In this document: in pieces, positions 40,454 through 50,731 of the stretch
How the letters are laid out: each line of letters starts with the position of its first letter
Position numbering within the stretch: position 1 is the first letter of the stretch
DNA from: Actinomycetota bacterium
GTDB taxonomy: Bacteria; Actinomycetota; UBA4738
NCBI GenBank assembly: GCA_036406615.1
Contig: DASXAQ010000103.1
Location: forward strand, 4,574-68,573
Reading direction: 5' to 3'
DNA: 64,000 bases
Notes under the pieces: model-generated
What the model was told of the DNA's origin: nothing
The model's input: only the letters and a program-made list of their open reading frames with translations
The model's database searches: none
Position numbers and translations under genes: made by a program

Positions 40454-41272
40454 TTACGCGGCCGTCACGCGCGCTCGCGTCGACCGCGACGCCGCCTCGG
40501 GACGACCTGAGGGCGAGACGGTCAGGTCGTAGGTGATGTCCAGCGAGAAGCCGCTGCTGAACGCGCCGCCGAAGTCGATCACGTGATCGCCGGCCGGCAG
40601 CGGGTTCAGTAGCACCCAGTAGCCGTCGGAGACCACCGGGAAGATGTAGCCCTGGCCGTCCTCGAACCCCTGCACGGCGTTGTCCTGCGGGGGCAGTCCG
40701 TAGGCGAACACCGGCGACTGCACGCGATGGTCGAACAGGACGTCGCTCGGGACCGACCTGCCGTCGACGCTCAGGTGCAGCTCGTCCACCGTGTCGATGC
40801 CGGCGGCGACCGCGGCGCGCAGCTCCGACGGCGAGAACGGGGGAACGACGCCGATGTTGTCGCCCTCGATGTTGATGAGCGGGATGAGCAGCTTCACGCC
40901 GGCCGGCACCGTGCACGAACGGGTCACCGAGCCGCCCGTGCTCGTGCCCGCCAGGAACCAGACCGGCCCGGCCTGGCCGACCGCGCACACCGCTCCGGTC
41001 GGGTCGAACAGCGGATTGGAGATGGGCCCGGTGAACGGCGGGTTGTGAACCGGTGGCGCATAGGCCCACTGCCACCACAGCGCCGTCCACTGGCTCACGG
41101 ACAGGTTCCCGACCGGGCCGTCCACCAGCAGGCCGGCACTGGAGCGGGCCGGCGCGGCGGGAGCCGCCGCCAGGGAGAGCGCGAGCGCGCCCGCCGTCAC
41201 CGACAGGACGAGCGCCCGTCGGCGCGCCCTCGCGCGACTGCGAACGGGAAGGCCTTTCGCCGATGCCGCCAT
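40454..41272 (-). CDS. Hypothetical secreted protein with a Tat-like signal peptide
   Basis: MAASAKGLPVRSRARARRRALVLSVTAGALALSLAAAPAAPA is a twin-Arg-type signal. The mature domain is unrecognised. Sits upstream of the 39852 membrane gene on the same strand. Confidence 0.5.
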   Translation of the reverse strand: MAASAKGLPVRSRARARRRALVLSVTAGALALSLAAAPAAPARSSAGLLVDGPVGNLSVSQWTALWWQWAYAPPVHNPPFTGPISNPLFDPTGAVCAVGQAGPVWFLAGTSTGGSVTRSCTVPAGVKLLIPLINIEGDNIGVVPPFSPSELRAAVAAGIDTVDELHLSVDGRSVPSDVLFDHRVQSPVFAYGLPPQDNAVQGFEDGQGYIFPVVSDGYWVLLNPLPAGDHVIDFGGAFSSGFSLDITYDLTVSPSGRPEAASRSTRARVTAA

Positions 41273-41451
41273 CGATCCTCCTTCCGGGCGCGCGCGCCTC
41301 GCGGCGTCGCGCACCGCATCCGTGGCGGGCATCGGTTCGGACCCGGCCGGCGCGGCCGGGTCCGAGTGTTCTACGCCCGGCGCCGCGGACGGTCAAACCG
41401 GCCCTGTTCGCCATCCGGATCGACAGTGGGCGGGCGTAGGATTCCCTCGCC

Positions 41452-42879
41452 GTGTTGTTTCCGACGACCGATTTCGCCATCTTCTTCGTCGTCGTCTTTC
41501 TTGGGCACTGGCTGCTGAATCACCGTCACCGGCCCTGGCGCCTGTTCATGCTCGCGGCCAGCTACGTCTTCTACAGCTGGTGGGACTGGCGGTTCGTGTT
41601 CCTGCTGGCTGCGTGCACCGTGTTCGCGCAGGCGGGCGCCGTGATCGTGCACCGCTCGAGCGGCGACCGCGCCCGGCGGGCGGCATTGACGATGACGCTC
41701 GTGGCGTTGCTCGGACTGCTGGGGTGGTTCAAGTACTACGGCTTCTTCGCGGTGAACCTGGCCAACCTGCTGCGGACGTTCGGCATCAGCCCCCCGCTTC
41801 CCCTGCTGCAGATCACGCTGCCGGTCGGCATCTCGTTCTTCACCTTCATGGCGGTCAGCTACGTGATCGACGTGTACCGCCGCGTGCTGGTCCCGGCCCC
41901 GTGGCTGGACTTCGCCGTGTACCTATCGTTCTTCCCCCACCTGGTGGCGGGCCCGATCGTGCGCGGCGGCGAGCTCATTCCCCAGATCCGAACCCGCCGC
42001 GACCCACGCCGGATCGACCTGGGCCGCGCGGGGTACCTCATCCTGAGCGGGCTCTTCCGGAAGGTGGTCCTTTCGAGCTTCATCGCATCGGCGATCGTCG
42101 ACCCCGTGTTCGGCAGCCCCGGCCAGCACTCCTCGCTCGAAGTGCTCTTCGCGATCTACGGCTATGCGATGCAGATCTACTGGGACTTCAGCGGGTACAC
42201 CGATATCGCGATCGGGCTGGCGCTCCTGCTCGGCTTCACGTTCCCCGAGAACTTCAACGCACCCTACGCCGCGCTGTCGGTGCAGGACTTCTGGCGGCGC
42301 TGGCACATCACGCTGTCGCGCTGGCTGCGCGACTACCTGTACATCCCGCTCGGGGGCAACCGCAAGGGCCGTGCCCGCACGTACGCGAACCTCATGATCA
42401 CGATGCTGCTCGGCGGCCTGTGGCACGGCGCGTCGTGGACGTTCGTCGCGTGGGGCGGCCTGCATGGGGCCGGCCTGGTCTTCGATCACCGCCGGGCGGA
42501 GCGGCGCGCGGCGCAGGGCCTGCCGCTGGAGCCTCAGGACGCCCGCGGCCGGGCGCTGCACCGGCTGGCCACGTTCCACTTCGTGTGCCTCGGCTGGGTG
42601 TTCTTCCGCGCGGGCTCGTTCGCCCTGGCGTTGCAGGTGTTGGCCCGCCTGTTCACGGGCTGGTTCCAGGCATCCCCGCTGGTCACGCCCCTGGTCCTGC
42701 TCGCGGTCGCGGTGGGGATCGGCACGCAGTACGTGCCGCGGGACGTCCCAGAGCGTGCGCAGGCGATGTTCTCCCGGCTGATGCCGCCCGTCCAGGGCGT
42801 CGTGGCCGCCGGGGCGCTGTTCGCCATTACCCTGCTGGGGCCGCAAGGGGTGGCCCCCTTCATCTACTTCCGGTTCTGA
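41452..42879 (+). CDS. MBOAT-family membrane-bound O-acyltransferase (AlgI/DltB/PatA-like)
   Basis: 475-aa polytopic protein with conserved MBOAT motifs FWRRWHITLSRWLRDYLYIPLGGNR and a catalytic-His region LWHGASW. Confidence 0.85.
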   Translation: MLFPTTDFAIFFVVVFLGHWLLNHRHRPWRLFMLAASYVFYSWWDWRFVFLLAACTVFAQAGAVIVHRSSGDRARRAALTMTLVALLGLLGWFKYYGFFAVNLANLLRTFGISPPLPLLQITLPVGISFFTFMAVSYVIDVYRRVLVPAPWLDFAVYLSFFPHLVAGPIVRGGELIPQIRTRRDPRRIDLGRAGYLILSGLFRKVVLSSFIASAIVDPVFGSPGQHSSLEVLFAIYGYAMQIYWDFSGYTDIAIGLALLLGFTFPENFNAPYAALSVQDFWRRWHITLSRWLRDYLYIPLGGNRKGRARTYANLMITMLLGGLWHGASWTFVAWGGLHGAGLVFDHRRAERRAAQGLPLEPQDARGRALHRLATFHFVCLGWVFFRAGSFALALQVLARLFTGWFQASPLVTPLVLLAVAVGIGTQYVPRDVPERAQAMFSRLMPPVQGVVAAGALFAITLLGPQGVAPFIYFRF

Positions 42880-42882
42880 GCC

Positions 42883-43971
42883 ATGGCCGGCACGACCGTC
42901 GACGAGCGCCTCGATCCGACGCCCGATCCTGGGGGCGGCGGGGACGGGCACGTGCCCCGCCGGTTGGAGCCGGCTGGCCAGGTGCTGGTCGCCATGCTGG
43001 TGTGCCTGCTGCTGTGGGCGCTGGTGTCGGCGCCGTCGCTGAAGGCGAATGCGGAAGCCTCGCCGTTCGGGGCGCGGCGAACGGCGGCGCTGGCGGTGCT
43101 GACGCCGCTGTCGGCGATCTCGCACGCGCTCGGGCTGGCGCGCCTGGACGCGAGGGCCGAAACGGCGCTCGGCCGTCCCGACCCGCTCGCGCCGCCCCCG
43201 ACCGTGCCGCCGGTGACGCCGCTCAAGCGACGGGCGCACGCGACGCCGCTGCCGCCGCTTCGAACGCCGACGCGCTCGCAGCCGCTGCACGTGCTGGTCC
43301 TCGGGGACTCGACCGCCCTGGATCTCGGGTACGGGCTGGAGCGGGCCGCGACGCCGGCCGGGAGGTACCGCGTGACGCTGGACGGCCGCATCTCGACCGG
43401 CCTGGCCCGGCTGGACTACTTCAACTGGCTGGCGCAAGCGCAGAAGGACGTCGCGCGCTACCGGCCCGACATCGTCGTGGTGCTCCTCGGCCTCAACGAC
43501 CTGCAGGACTTCCGGGCGCAGAGCCACTACCTCGTGCGGTACACGCGGCCGTGGATCCGCGCCTACGCCCAGCGCGTGAACGCCATGCTCGCCGAGGTCG
43601 TCGCAACGGGCCGGCGCGTGCTGTGGGTGGGGGAGCCGATCGTGTCGAACCGCAACATCGCCTACGGCCTGCGGGTGGTGAACAAGATCTACCGCAACGT
43701 CACGCACGGGGTCCTCGGCGTGTCGTACGTGGACTCGTGGCACCTGTTCGTCAACTCGCAGGGTCGCTACGCCGCCTACCTGCGCAACGCTTCGGGGGAC
43801 CTGCAGCAGGTCCGCGAGGCCGACGGCGAACACCTCACCCCGGCGGGCCAGGACCGCATGGGGCAGTACGTGCTCGGGATCATCCGGTCGCTCTCGAGCC
43901 CGGCCGCCTCCACGCCGTCGCCCCCGGTCTCCCCGACGCCGCACGCCAGCCGGTCGGGGCCTCCCACCTGA
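42883..43971 (+). CDS. SGNH/GDSL-family hydrolase/acyltransferase partner of the MBOAT (AlgJ/PatB/DltD-like)
   Basis: N-terminal membrane anchor, HVLVLGDSTALDLGY (GDS block I), a later GLNDL, and DGEHLTPAG (block V DxxH). Confidence 0.75.
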   Translation: MAGTTVDERLDPTPDPGGGGDGHVPRRLEPAGQVLVAMLVCLLLWALVSAPSLKANAEASPFGARRTAALAVLTPLSAISHALGLARLDARAETALGRPDPLAPPPTVPPVTPLKRRAHATPLPPLRTPTRSQPLHVLVLGDSTALDLGYGLERAATPAGRYRVTLDGRISTGLARLDYFNWLAQAQKDVARYRPDIVVVLLGLNDLQDFRAQSHYLVRYTRPWIRAYAQRVNAMLAEVVATGRRVLWVGEPIVSNRNIAYGLRVVNKIYRNVTHGVLGVSYVDSWHLFVNSQGRYAAYLRNASGDLQQVREADGEHLTPAGQDRMGQYVLGIIRSLSSPAASTPSPPVSPTPHASRSGPPT

Positions 43972-44001
43972 GCGGCGGCGACCGACCGTAGAATCACATC
44001 C

Positions 44002-46191
44002 GTGGCATCCTCCGGTTCGCGCTCGATCCCCCTGCTCGAAGGCCTGAACCCCGTCCAGGCCGAAGCGGTGCTGCACACCGAGGGGCCCGTCCTGATCGTT
44101 GCCGGCGCGGGGTCGGGCAAGACGCGCGCGCTGACCCACCGCGTGGCCCATCTGATCCGCGACGAGGGCGTGTCGCCGTACGAGATCCTGGCGATCACCT
44201 TCACGAACAAGGCCGCCCGGGAGATGGCCGACCGTGTCGAGGGCCTCATCGGGTCCCGCATCGCGAAGGGGATGTGGATCCTCACGTTCCACGGCGCGTG
44301 CGTGCGGATCCTCCGGCGGGAGCACGAGCATCTCGGCATCCCCTCGTCGTTCTCCATCTACGACGAGGGCGACACCGAGCGCGTGATCGCCATGGTGCTC
44401 AAGGCGATGAACGTCGACCCGAAGCGCTACCCGCCCCGGCAGGTCGCGGCCATGATCGGCCGGGCGAAGGATCAGCTGGTGTCCGCGGCGGGGTACGCCG
44501 AGCAGGCGGGGAGCCACTTCGAACAGGTCGTGGCCGAGGTCTACGCCGAGTACCAGCGCCGGCTCCGCGCCGCGGGCGCGCTCGACTTCGACGACATCAT
44601 CATGGAGACCGTCCGCCTGTTCCGCGAGCACCCGGAGGTGCTCGAGCACTACCAGCGGCGGTTCCGCTACGTCCTGATCGACGAGTACCAGGACACGAAC
44701 CGGGCCCAGTACCACCTCATCAACATGCTGGCCGCCGCGCACCGCAACCTGTGCGTGGTGGGCGACGCCGATCAGGGCGTGTACTCGTGGCGTGGCGCCA
44801 CCATCCAGACCCTCCTGGACTTCGAACGCGACTACCCCGAGGCGGCCGTGTTCGTGATGGACCAGAACTACCGATCGACCCAGGCGATCCTGGAGGTGGC
44901 CAACGCGCTGATCGAGCACAACGTCCAGCGCAAGCCCAAGTCGCTGTGGACCGAGTCGGACCAGGGCGACCTGGTCGTGCGCTTCCGCGCCGACAACGAG
45001 CACGACGAGGCCTGGTTCGTGACGGCCGAGGTCCAGCGCCTGGTCGAGACCGAGGGCGTGCGCTACGCCGACATCGCGATCTTCTACCGGACGAACGCGC
45101 AGTCCCGCGTGCTCGAAGACGTGCTGATGCGCGTCGGACTCAACTACAAGATCGTCGGCGGCGTCCGGTTCTACCAGCGCCGGGAGATCAAGGACCTGCT
45201 CGCGTACCTGCGCGTGGTGGCCAACCCAAGCGACGTGGTCAGCCTGCGCCGCGTCATCAACACCCCCAAGCGGGGCATCGGCGATGCGACGGTCGCCGCG
45301 CTGGAGGAGTTCGCGCGCGACGAAGGCATCGCGCCGCTGGACGCGGTGAACCGGGTCGACGAGATCTCGGTGCTCGCTGCACGGGCGCGCGGCGCGGTCC
45401 ATGGGTTCGCCGGCGTCGTCGCCACCCTGCGCGCGGCGGCGGAGGAGGGCGCCGGCGTCGCCCGCATGGTCGAGGCGGCGATGGAGGAGTCCGGGTACGT
45501 GGCGCAGCTCGAGGCCGAGCAGACGATCGAGGCGATCGGCCGGGTCGAGAACCTCAAGGAGCTCGTCGGCGTCGCGGCGGAGTTCGAGCAGCGAAGCCCC
45601 GAGGGGAAGCTCGCGGACTTCCTGGAGCAGATCTCGCTCGTGTCGGAGCAGGACGAGTACGACGAGGAGGATCCCGGGGTCACGCTGATGACGCTGCACA
45701 ACGCCAAGGGGCTGGAGTTCGACATCGTGTTCATCGTCGGGATGGAGGACGGAATCTTCCCCCACTACCGTTCGATGACGGACTCCGCGGAGCTGGAGGA
45801 GGAGCGGCGGCTGGCGTACGTGGGCATCACGCGCGCCCGCAAACGGCTGTACCTGACCCACGCGTGGAGCCGTTCGCTGTTCGGCGGGTCGAACTACAAC
45901 CCGCCGTCGCGGTTCCTCGGCGAGATCCCCGGGCACCTGGTCCGCGAGCTGGAGAAGGACTCGGCCATCGACGAGGGCCGGTTCCCCGCTCCCTTGCCCG
46001 AGCCGCCCCCCCGGGAGCCGATGGCCGTGCGCGAGGGCGACACGGTGTTCCATGAGAAGTGGGGCGAAGGCGTGGTGCTGTCGGTCCGGGGCGCCGGCAG
46101 CCGCGCGGAGGCCACGATCGCGTTCCAGGACGTCGGCGACAAGACGGTGCTGCTGGCGTACGCGCCGCTCGCCCCGCGCCCCGCCGGGTGA
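44002..46191 (+). CDS. pcrA: ATP-dependent DNA helicase PcrA/UvrD
   Basis: LLEGLNPVQAEAV...LIVAGAGSGKTRALTHR...ILAITFTNKAAREM SF1 helicase motifs. 729 aa. Confidence 0.93.
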   Translation: MASSGSRSIPLLEGLNPVQAEAVLHTEGPVLIVAGAGSGKTRALTHRVAHLIRDEGVSPYEILAITFTNKAAREMADRVEGLIGSRIAKGMWILTFHGACVRILRREHEHLGIPSSFSIYDEGDTERVIAMVLKAMNVDPKRYPPRQVAAMIGRAKDQLVSAAGYAEQAGSHFEQVVAEVYAEYQRRLRAAGALDFDDIIMETVRLFREHPEVLEHYQRRFRYVLIDEYQDTNRAQYHLINMLAAAHRNLCVVGDADQGVYSWRGATIQTLLDFERDYPEAAVFVMDQNYRSTQAILEVANALIEHNVQRKPKSLWTESDQGDLVVRFRADNEHDEAWFVTAEVQRLVETEGVRYADIAIFYRTNAQSRVLEDVLMRVGLNYKIVGGVRFYQRREIKDLLAYLRVVANPSDVVSLRRVINTPKRGIGDATVAALEEFARDEGIAPLDAVNRVDEISVLAARARGAVHGFAGVVATLRAAAEEGAGVARMVEAAMEESGYVAQLEAEQTIEAIGRVENLKELVGVAAEFEQRSPEGKLADFLEQISLVSEQDEYDEEDPGVTLMTLHNAKGLEFDIVFIVGMEDGIFPHYRSMTDSAELEEERRLAYVGITRARKRLYLTHAWSRSLFGGSNYNPPSRFLGEIPGHLVRELEKDSAIDEGRFPAPLPEPPPREPMAVREGDTVFHEKWGEGVVLSVRGAGSRAEATIAFQDVGDKTVLLAYAPLAPRPAG

Positions 46192-46293
46192 TCGCTTCAG
46201 CGTTCCTCGTTGCAAACCGATGATGGGCCCAGTGAGGCCGAAGGCGGTTGGTAGACTGGGCCGGCCGCCCCGACCAGGACGGACACCGCGTCG

Positions 46294-48606
46294 ATGAACC
46301 CCTCCGATCCGCTGCCCGAATCTCCCTCGCCGTCAGAACGCCACGACGGCGACGACTCGCGCCCGGATTGGCAGCCCGACTCGGAAGAGGCGTGGCAGGA
46401 GGCCCGCGCGGCCCGGGAGACCCGGGCGAGCGAGGCCCGCGCGGCCTCGCCCACCCCCCTGTCGCGGCGCCACCGGCGTGAGCGGCGCCGGTCTTCCCGT
46501 TCCTCGACATCGCGCCATGACTCCGGCTCGGGGTCCTCGTCCGCCGCCGCCGCGCCCGGGACGCGGGTCTCGCCATCGGGTTCGAAGGGTCGATCGCGCG
46601 GCTCGGGCGAGCGTGCGTCATCGAACGGGTCGCGATCGGCGTCGAAGCGCCGGCGACGCCGCCGGCGCCGGACGCGGCCGCGCACCCGTACGCTCGTGCT
46701 GCTCGCCGCCGGCGCGGTGGTTCTCATCGGCGCCGCTGTGGTGGCCGACGGCTACTACCAGGCGTACCGCGCCTACCAGGACGTGGCCGACGTCTTCCCG
46801 CAGCTCCAGACGGCCCGCGCCGCCCTGGCGGGCGGCCGGGTGCCGTCCAACGATTCGCTCGCGCAGGCTTCGGGCGAGGCGGCCCAGGCGCAGGCCCGGC
46901 TGGACCACGCGCGGTTCACGCTCTCCGCGACGGCAGCGCTGCCGTGGCTCGGCCGGCCCGTCCAGGCGATCCGCCAGGGCGTGGCCGCCGCCGAGGACGA
47001 GGCGCAGGCGGCGACCACCGTCCGCGACATGCTGGTCGACCTGCTGGGGCCGGAGGCGCTGAGCGGCAGGCGCGGCGGGCCGGCGCCGGTATTCCGCAAC
47101 GGGACGATCGACGTGAACCTGGTGGAGAGCCTGGGCCCGCGCCTGGCGATCCTCCTGCAGCAGCTGCGGGCCGGGGACGCCGCGATCCGCGCGATCCCGT
47201 CGGTGCCGTTCTTCCATCGCGTCGACGAGCTGAAGGCCCAGGCGCTGAACGATTCGACGCAGGCGTTGCGGCTGGCCGTGCGCGCGAACGCCGCCGTGAA
47301 GGTGCTGCCCGGGTTCCTCGGCGCCCACGGCGACCGCACGTATTTCATGGCGCTGCAGAACAACGACGATCAGCGCGGCACCGGGGGCGCGGTTCTGGCC
47401 TACGCGCTGGTGCACATCGATCACGGGAAGATCTCGCTGGCGGGCGGCGGCCCCGTGAACGGGATCGACAACACGCTTCGAGGCATCCACGTGCCGATGC
47501 CGCCGGGCATCGCCTGGTACGTGCACGCGGCGCGCGTGAACCCGCGCATCAACAACGGCGCGAACTATTCGCCGAACTTCCCCGACGTCGCCCAGACGTG
47601 GGCGGCCATGGTTCGCAAGTCCGTCGACCAGCCGGTTGACGGCGTGATCGCGATGGACCCGCAGGCGATCGCAGACGCCCTGGACGGCGAGCGCCCCATC
47701 CGCGTCCGGTCGTTCCCCGGCCCGATCTCCGCAGACAACGTCGTGGCCGTCACCGAGAATCAGCAGTACCTGTTGCCGAAGAGCGCGCAGTTCGTCTTTC
47801 CCGCGCAGCTGGTTGCCGCGGCGTTCAAGGTCTTCACCAACCCGCGGGACGTCACCGCGCTGGTGCGCGAGTTCAGCACCGCGCTCGCGCAGAAGCGCGT
47901 CCAGCTGTGGTCGCAGAACCCGCAGGAGCAGCAGCTGCTCGCCCAGCTCGGCTGGGACGGGGGATTGCAGCACCATCCCGGCGACTACCTCTACCTGGTG
48001 CAGAACAAGCGCGTCGCCAACAAGGTCGACTACTTCGCGCAGCAGAGCATCCACGACACGGTAGACGTGCTTCCCTCGGGCGGCGTGCGCTCCACGTACC
48101 AGGTGACGCTCACCGGCGACGTGCCGTTCGGGCAGGGCAGCTCGATCGTCGGTCCGTGGTCGCCGTACGGCCTGAACCTGGCGATGATGAGCCTGTATGT
48201 CCCGAAGCGCTCGACCTTCGTCCGCGTCGACCCGCCGGGGCCGTTCCCGCATTCGATCCAGCCGTGGAGCGGCGTTGCGCACGTGCAGCCGGCGGGCTTC
48301 GTCCAGCACGTCGAAGGCGACTTCCGCGTCCTGACGCAGACGATCGCCGCCTGGCGCGACCATCCCGCGCACCTGACGTTCACGTACACGACGCCCGGCG
48401 TCATCCAGAAGACCAGCCAGGGCCACGTCTACGAGCTCACGATCCAGCACCAGCCGATGACGAACCCCGCGGACGTGACCGTGACCGTCCACCTTCCTCC
48501 CGGCTCCAACGTCCAGTCGGTGGACCCGGGGTGGCTCGTGACGGGCGACACGGCCACGTTCCGCGCGACGCTCACGCACGACGTCGTGACGCGGATCGTG
48601 TTCTAA
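46294..48606 (+). CDS. Large membrane-anchored hypothetical protein (DUF4012-like) with an Arg/Ser-rich disordered N-terminus
   Basis: ~140-aa low-complexity N-terminus including RRRRRRRR, a single TM (LVLLAAGAVVLIGAAVV), then a ~600-aa extracytoplasmic domain. Family assignment is from memory of the actinobacterial DUF4012 architecture and was not searched. Confidence 0.55.
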   Translation: MNPSDPLPESPSPSERHDGDDSRPDWQPDSEEAWQEARAARETRASEARAASPTPLSRRHRRERRRSSRSSTSRHDSGSGSSSAAAAPGTRVSPSGSKGRSRGSGERASSNGSRSASKRRRRRRRRTRPRTRTLVLLAAGAVVLIGAAVVADGYYQAYRAYQDVADVFPQLQTARAALAGGRVPSNDSLAQASGEAAQAQARLDHARFTLSATAALPWLGRPVQAIRQGVAAAEDEAQAATTVRDMLVDLLGPEALSGRRGGPAPVFRNGTIDVNLVESLGPRLAILLQQLRAGDAAIRAIPSVPFFHRVDELKAQALNDSTQALRLAVRANAAVKVLPGFLGAHGDRTYFMALQNNDDQRGTGGAVLAYALVHIDHGKISLAGGGPVNGIDNTLRGIHVPMPPGIAWYVHAARVNPRINNGANYSPNFPDVAQTWAAMVRKSVDQPVDGVIAMDPQAIADALDGERPIRVRSFPGPISADNVVAVTENQQYLLPKSAQFVFPAQLVAAAFKVFTNPRDVTALVREFSTALAQKRVQLWSQNPQEQQLLAQLGWDGGLQHHPGDYLYLVQNKRVANKVDYFAQQSIHDTVDVLPSGGVRSTYQVTLTGDVPFGQGSSIVGPWSPYGLNLAMMSLYVPKRSTFVRVDPPGPFPHSIQPWSGVAHVQPAGFVQHVEGDFRVLTQTIAAWRDHPAHLTFTYTTPGVIQKTSQGHVYELTIQHQPMTNPADVTVTVHLPPGSNVQSVDPGWLVTGDTATFRATLTHDVVTRIVF

Positions 48607-48638
48607 ACGTCGCTTCGCCGCGGCCCGGCCGCGGCGCC

Positions 48639-49145
48639 TCACCCGCAGGGCGCGGCGGCCCTCGCCGGCTCGGGGGCCGGTGCGCGAACGATCGGATGGT
48701 CCGGGTCGACGTACACCGTGCCGCGATACACCGCGACGGGCAGCGTCGTGAGCCCGCCGGCCCCGCCGGGAGCCAGGCCGTCCAGCCCGTAGACCGCGCC
48801 GCGGCAGTCAACGAACCGGCCGTGACAGAACTGCAGCGTGCAGCCGTCCTCCTGAAGCACGGCGAACAGCTGTCCCGCGCTGCGCGTGACGAACGCGCCC
48901 GGCACGTCGACCGGGGTGGCCGTCCCCTCGGCGAACGACGAGAGCTTGCCGACGGGAACGAACGAGCCGCCGGGCGGGTGCGGCCGCAGGAACAGGTACC
49001 ACCCGAAGCCCAGCAGGACGGCCCCCACGACCAGGGGAGCGATCACCCACTGTAGCCCCAGCCGACCGCGGAACGGGCCGAGCGGCCCGATCCTGGTCCA
49101 GGGTTTCACGCCCGGTGGCCGCAGGCGAGGTCGGCGGGGGGGCAT
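48639..49145 (-). CDS. Hypothetical membrane-anchored protein with a C-terminal Cys-rich motif
   Basis: Signal-anchor [25 protein letters not shown]-terminal [18 protein letters not shown] is not a canonical Rieske motif. Start assumed at the ATG at 49145. Confidence 0.4.
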   Translation of the reverse strand: MPPRRPRLRPPGVKPWTRIGPLGPFRGRLGLQWVIAPLVVGAVLLGFGWYLFLRPHPPGGSFVPVGKLSSFAEGTATPVDVPGAFVTRSAGQLFAVLQEDGCTLQFCHGRFVDCRGAVYGLDGLAPGGAGGLTTLPVAVYRGTVYVDPDHPIVRAPAPEPARAAAPCG

Positions 49146-49173
49146 GGTCGATTGGCGAGTATATTGGCCCGCG

Positions 49174-49578
<405 letters not shown>

Positions 49579-49582
49579 GCGC

Positions 49583-50731
49583 ATGGACCTGTTCGAGCAC
49601 CAGGGCAAGGAGCTGTTCGCCCGGTATGGGATTCCTCTGGTCGAGGGCTTTCCGGCACAGTCGCCCGACGAGGCGCGCCAGATCGCCCAGCGGCTGGGTG
49701 GGCGCGTCGCGGTCAAGGCCCAGGTCCAGATCGGGGGGCGTGGCAAGGCCGGCGGCATCGCCCTGGTCCAGTCGGCGGACGAGGCCGCCGAGGCGGCAGC
49801 GCGGATCCTCGGGGAGGGGTTCCGGGGCACGCCCGTGACCCGGGTGCTCGTCGAACGCCTCGTCGAGATCGCCGAGCAGTTCTACGCGGCCATCACGCTG
49901 GATCGAAGCGTGAAGCGTTACGTCGCAATGGTTTCGGCAGAAGGCGGCATGGACATCGAGGAGACGGCGCGCACCTCGCCGCAGGCGATCCGCCGTGCCG
50001 AGATCGATCCGCTCCTGGGGCTGAAGCCGTACCAGGTGCGCTACCTCACCGGTCACCTGCACCCCGAGGCCCGCGAGGGCACCGGGGACGTCCTGACGAA
50101 GATGTATGCGGTGGTCCGCGAGGCCGACGCCACGCTGGTCGAGGTGAACCCGCTGGCCATGCTTGCCGGCGGCGTGGTCGTCGCGCTGGACTCGAAGGTC
50201 ACGATCGACGATAACGCGCTCTTTCGCCAGCCCGAGCTCGCGGCGCTGCGTTCCAGCTTCCCGGTGGAACCGACCCAGGCGCGGGCGAACGAGAAGGGCC
50301 TGCAGTACGTCAAGCTCGACGGCGAGGTCGGCATCATCGGCAACGGGGCCGGCCTGGTCATGTCGACCCTTGACGTCGTGACGCAGGCTGGCGGCCGCCC
50401 CGCCAACTTCCTCGACGTGGGCGGCGGCGCGAGCGCCGACGAGATGGCGACGTCGCTGGAGGTCGTGCTGTCCGATCCGGCGGTGCGCTCGGTGCTCGTC
50501 AACATCTTCGGGGGCATCACGCGTGGCGAGGTCGTCGCCCGCGGGCTGCTCGAGGCCCTGGGCCGCGTCGACGCGAAGGTCCCGATCGTCGTGCGGCTGG
50601 ACGGCACGAACGCGGAGGAGGGCCGGCGCATCCTCGAGGAGGCGCAGCATCCGCGGATCGTGCCGGCGCCGACGATGCTCGACGCCGCGCGCGTCGCGGT
50701 GGAGCTCGCGTACGAAGGGTGGGTGGCCTAG
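49583..50731 (+). CDS. sucC: Succinate--CoA ligase subunit beta
   Basis: MDLFEHQGKELFARYGIP...ATP-grasp...GIIGNGAGLVMSTLD matches SucC. Confidence 0.95.
   Translation: MDLFEHQGKELFARYGIPLVEGFPAQSPDEARQIAQRLGGRVAVKAQVQIGGRGKAGGIALVQSADEAAEAAARILGEGFRGTPVTRVLVERLVEIAEQFYAAITLDRSVKRYVAMVSAEGGMDIEETARTSPQAIRRAEIDPLLGLKPYQVRYLTGHLHPEAREGTGDVLTKMYAVVREADATLVEVNPLAMLAGGVVVALDSKVTIDDNALFRQPELAALRSSFPVEPTQARANEKGLQYVKLDGEVGIIGNGAGLVMSTLDVVTQAGGRPANFLDVGGGASADEMATSLEVVLSDPAVRSVLVNIFGGITRGEVVARGLLEALGRVDAKVPIVVRLDGTNAEEGRRILEEAQHPRIVPAPTMLDAARVAVELAYEGWVA

Noticed and set aside
39852-41480. 542-aa minus-strand ORF.
   Set aside because: Only the C-terminal ~188 aa shows hydrophobic membrane-protein character. 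The N-terminal part is Arg/Gly/Ala GC-frame noise overlapping the better-supported Tat-signal gene (40454-41272) in another frame.
49146-49173. Cobalamin riboswitch upstream of the B12-domain gene, and of the B12-rSAM at 28287-28459.
   Set aside because: Leaders are 28 nt and ~45 nt respectively (after the predicted transcription start site). This is incompatible with a ~200-nt cobalamin riboswitch, and no B12-box (rAGYCMGgAgaCCkGCcd) was seen.
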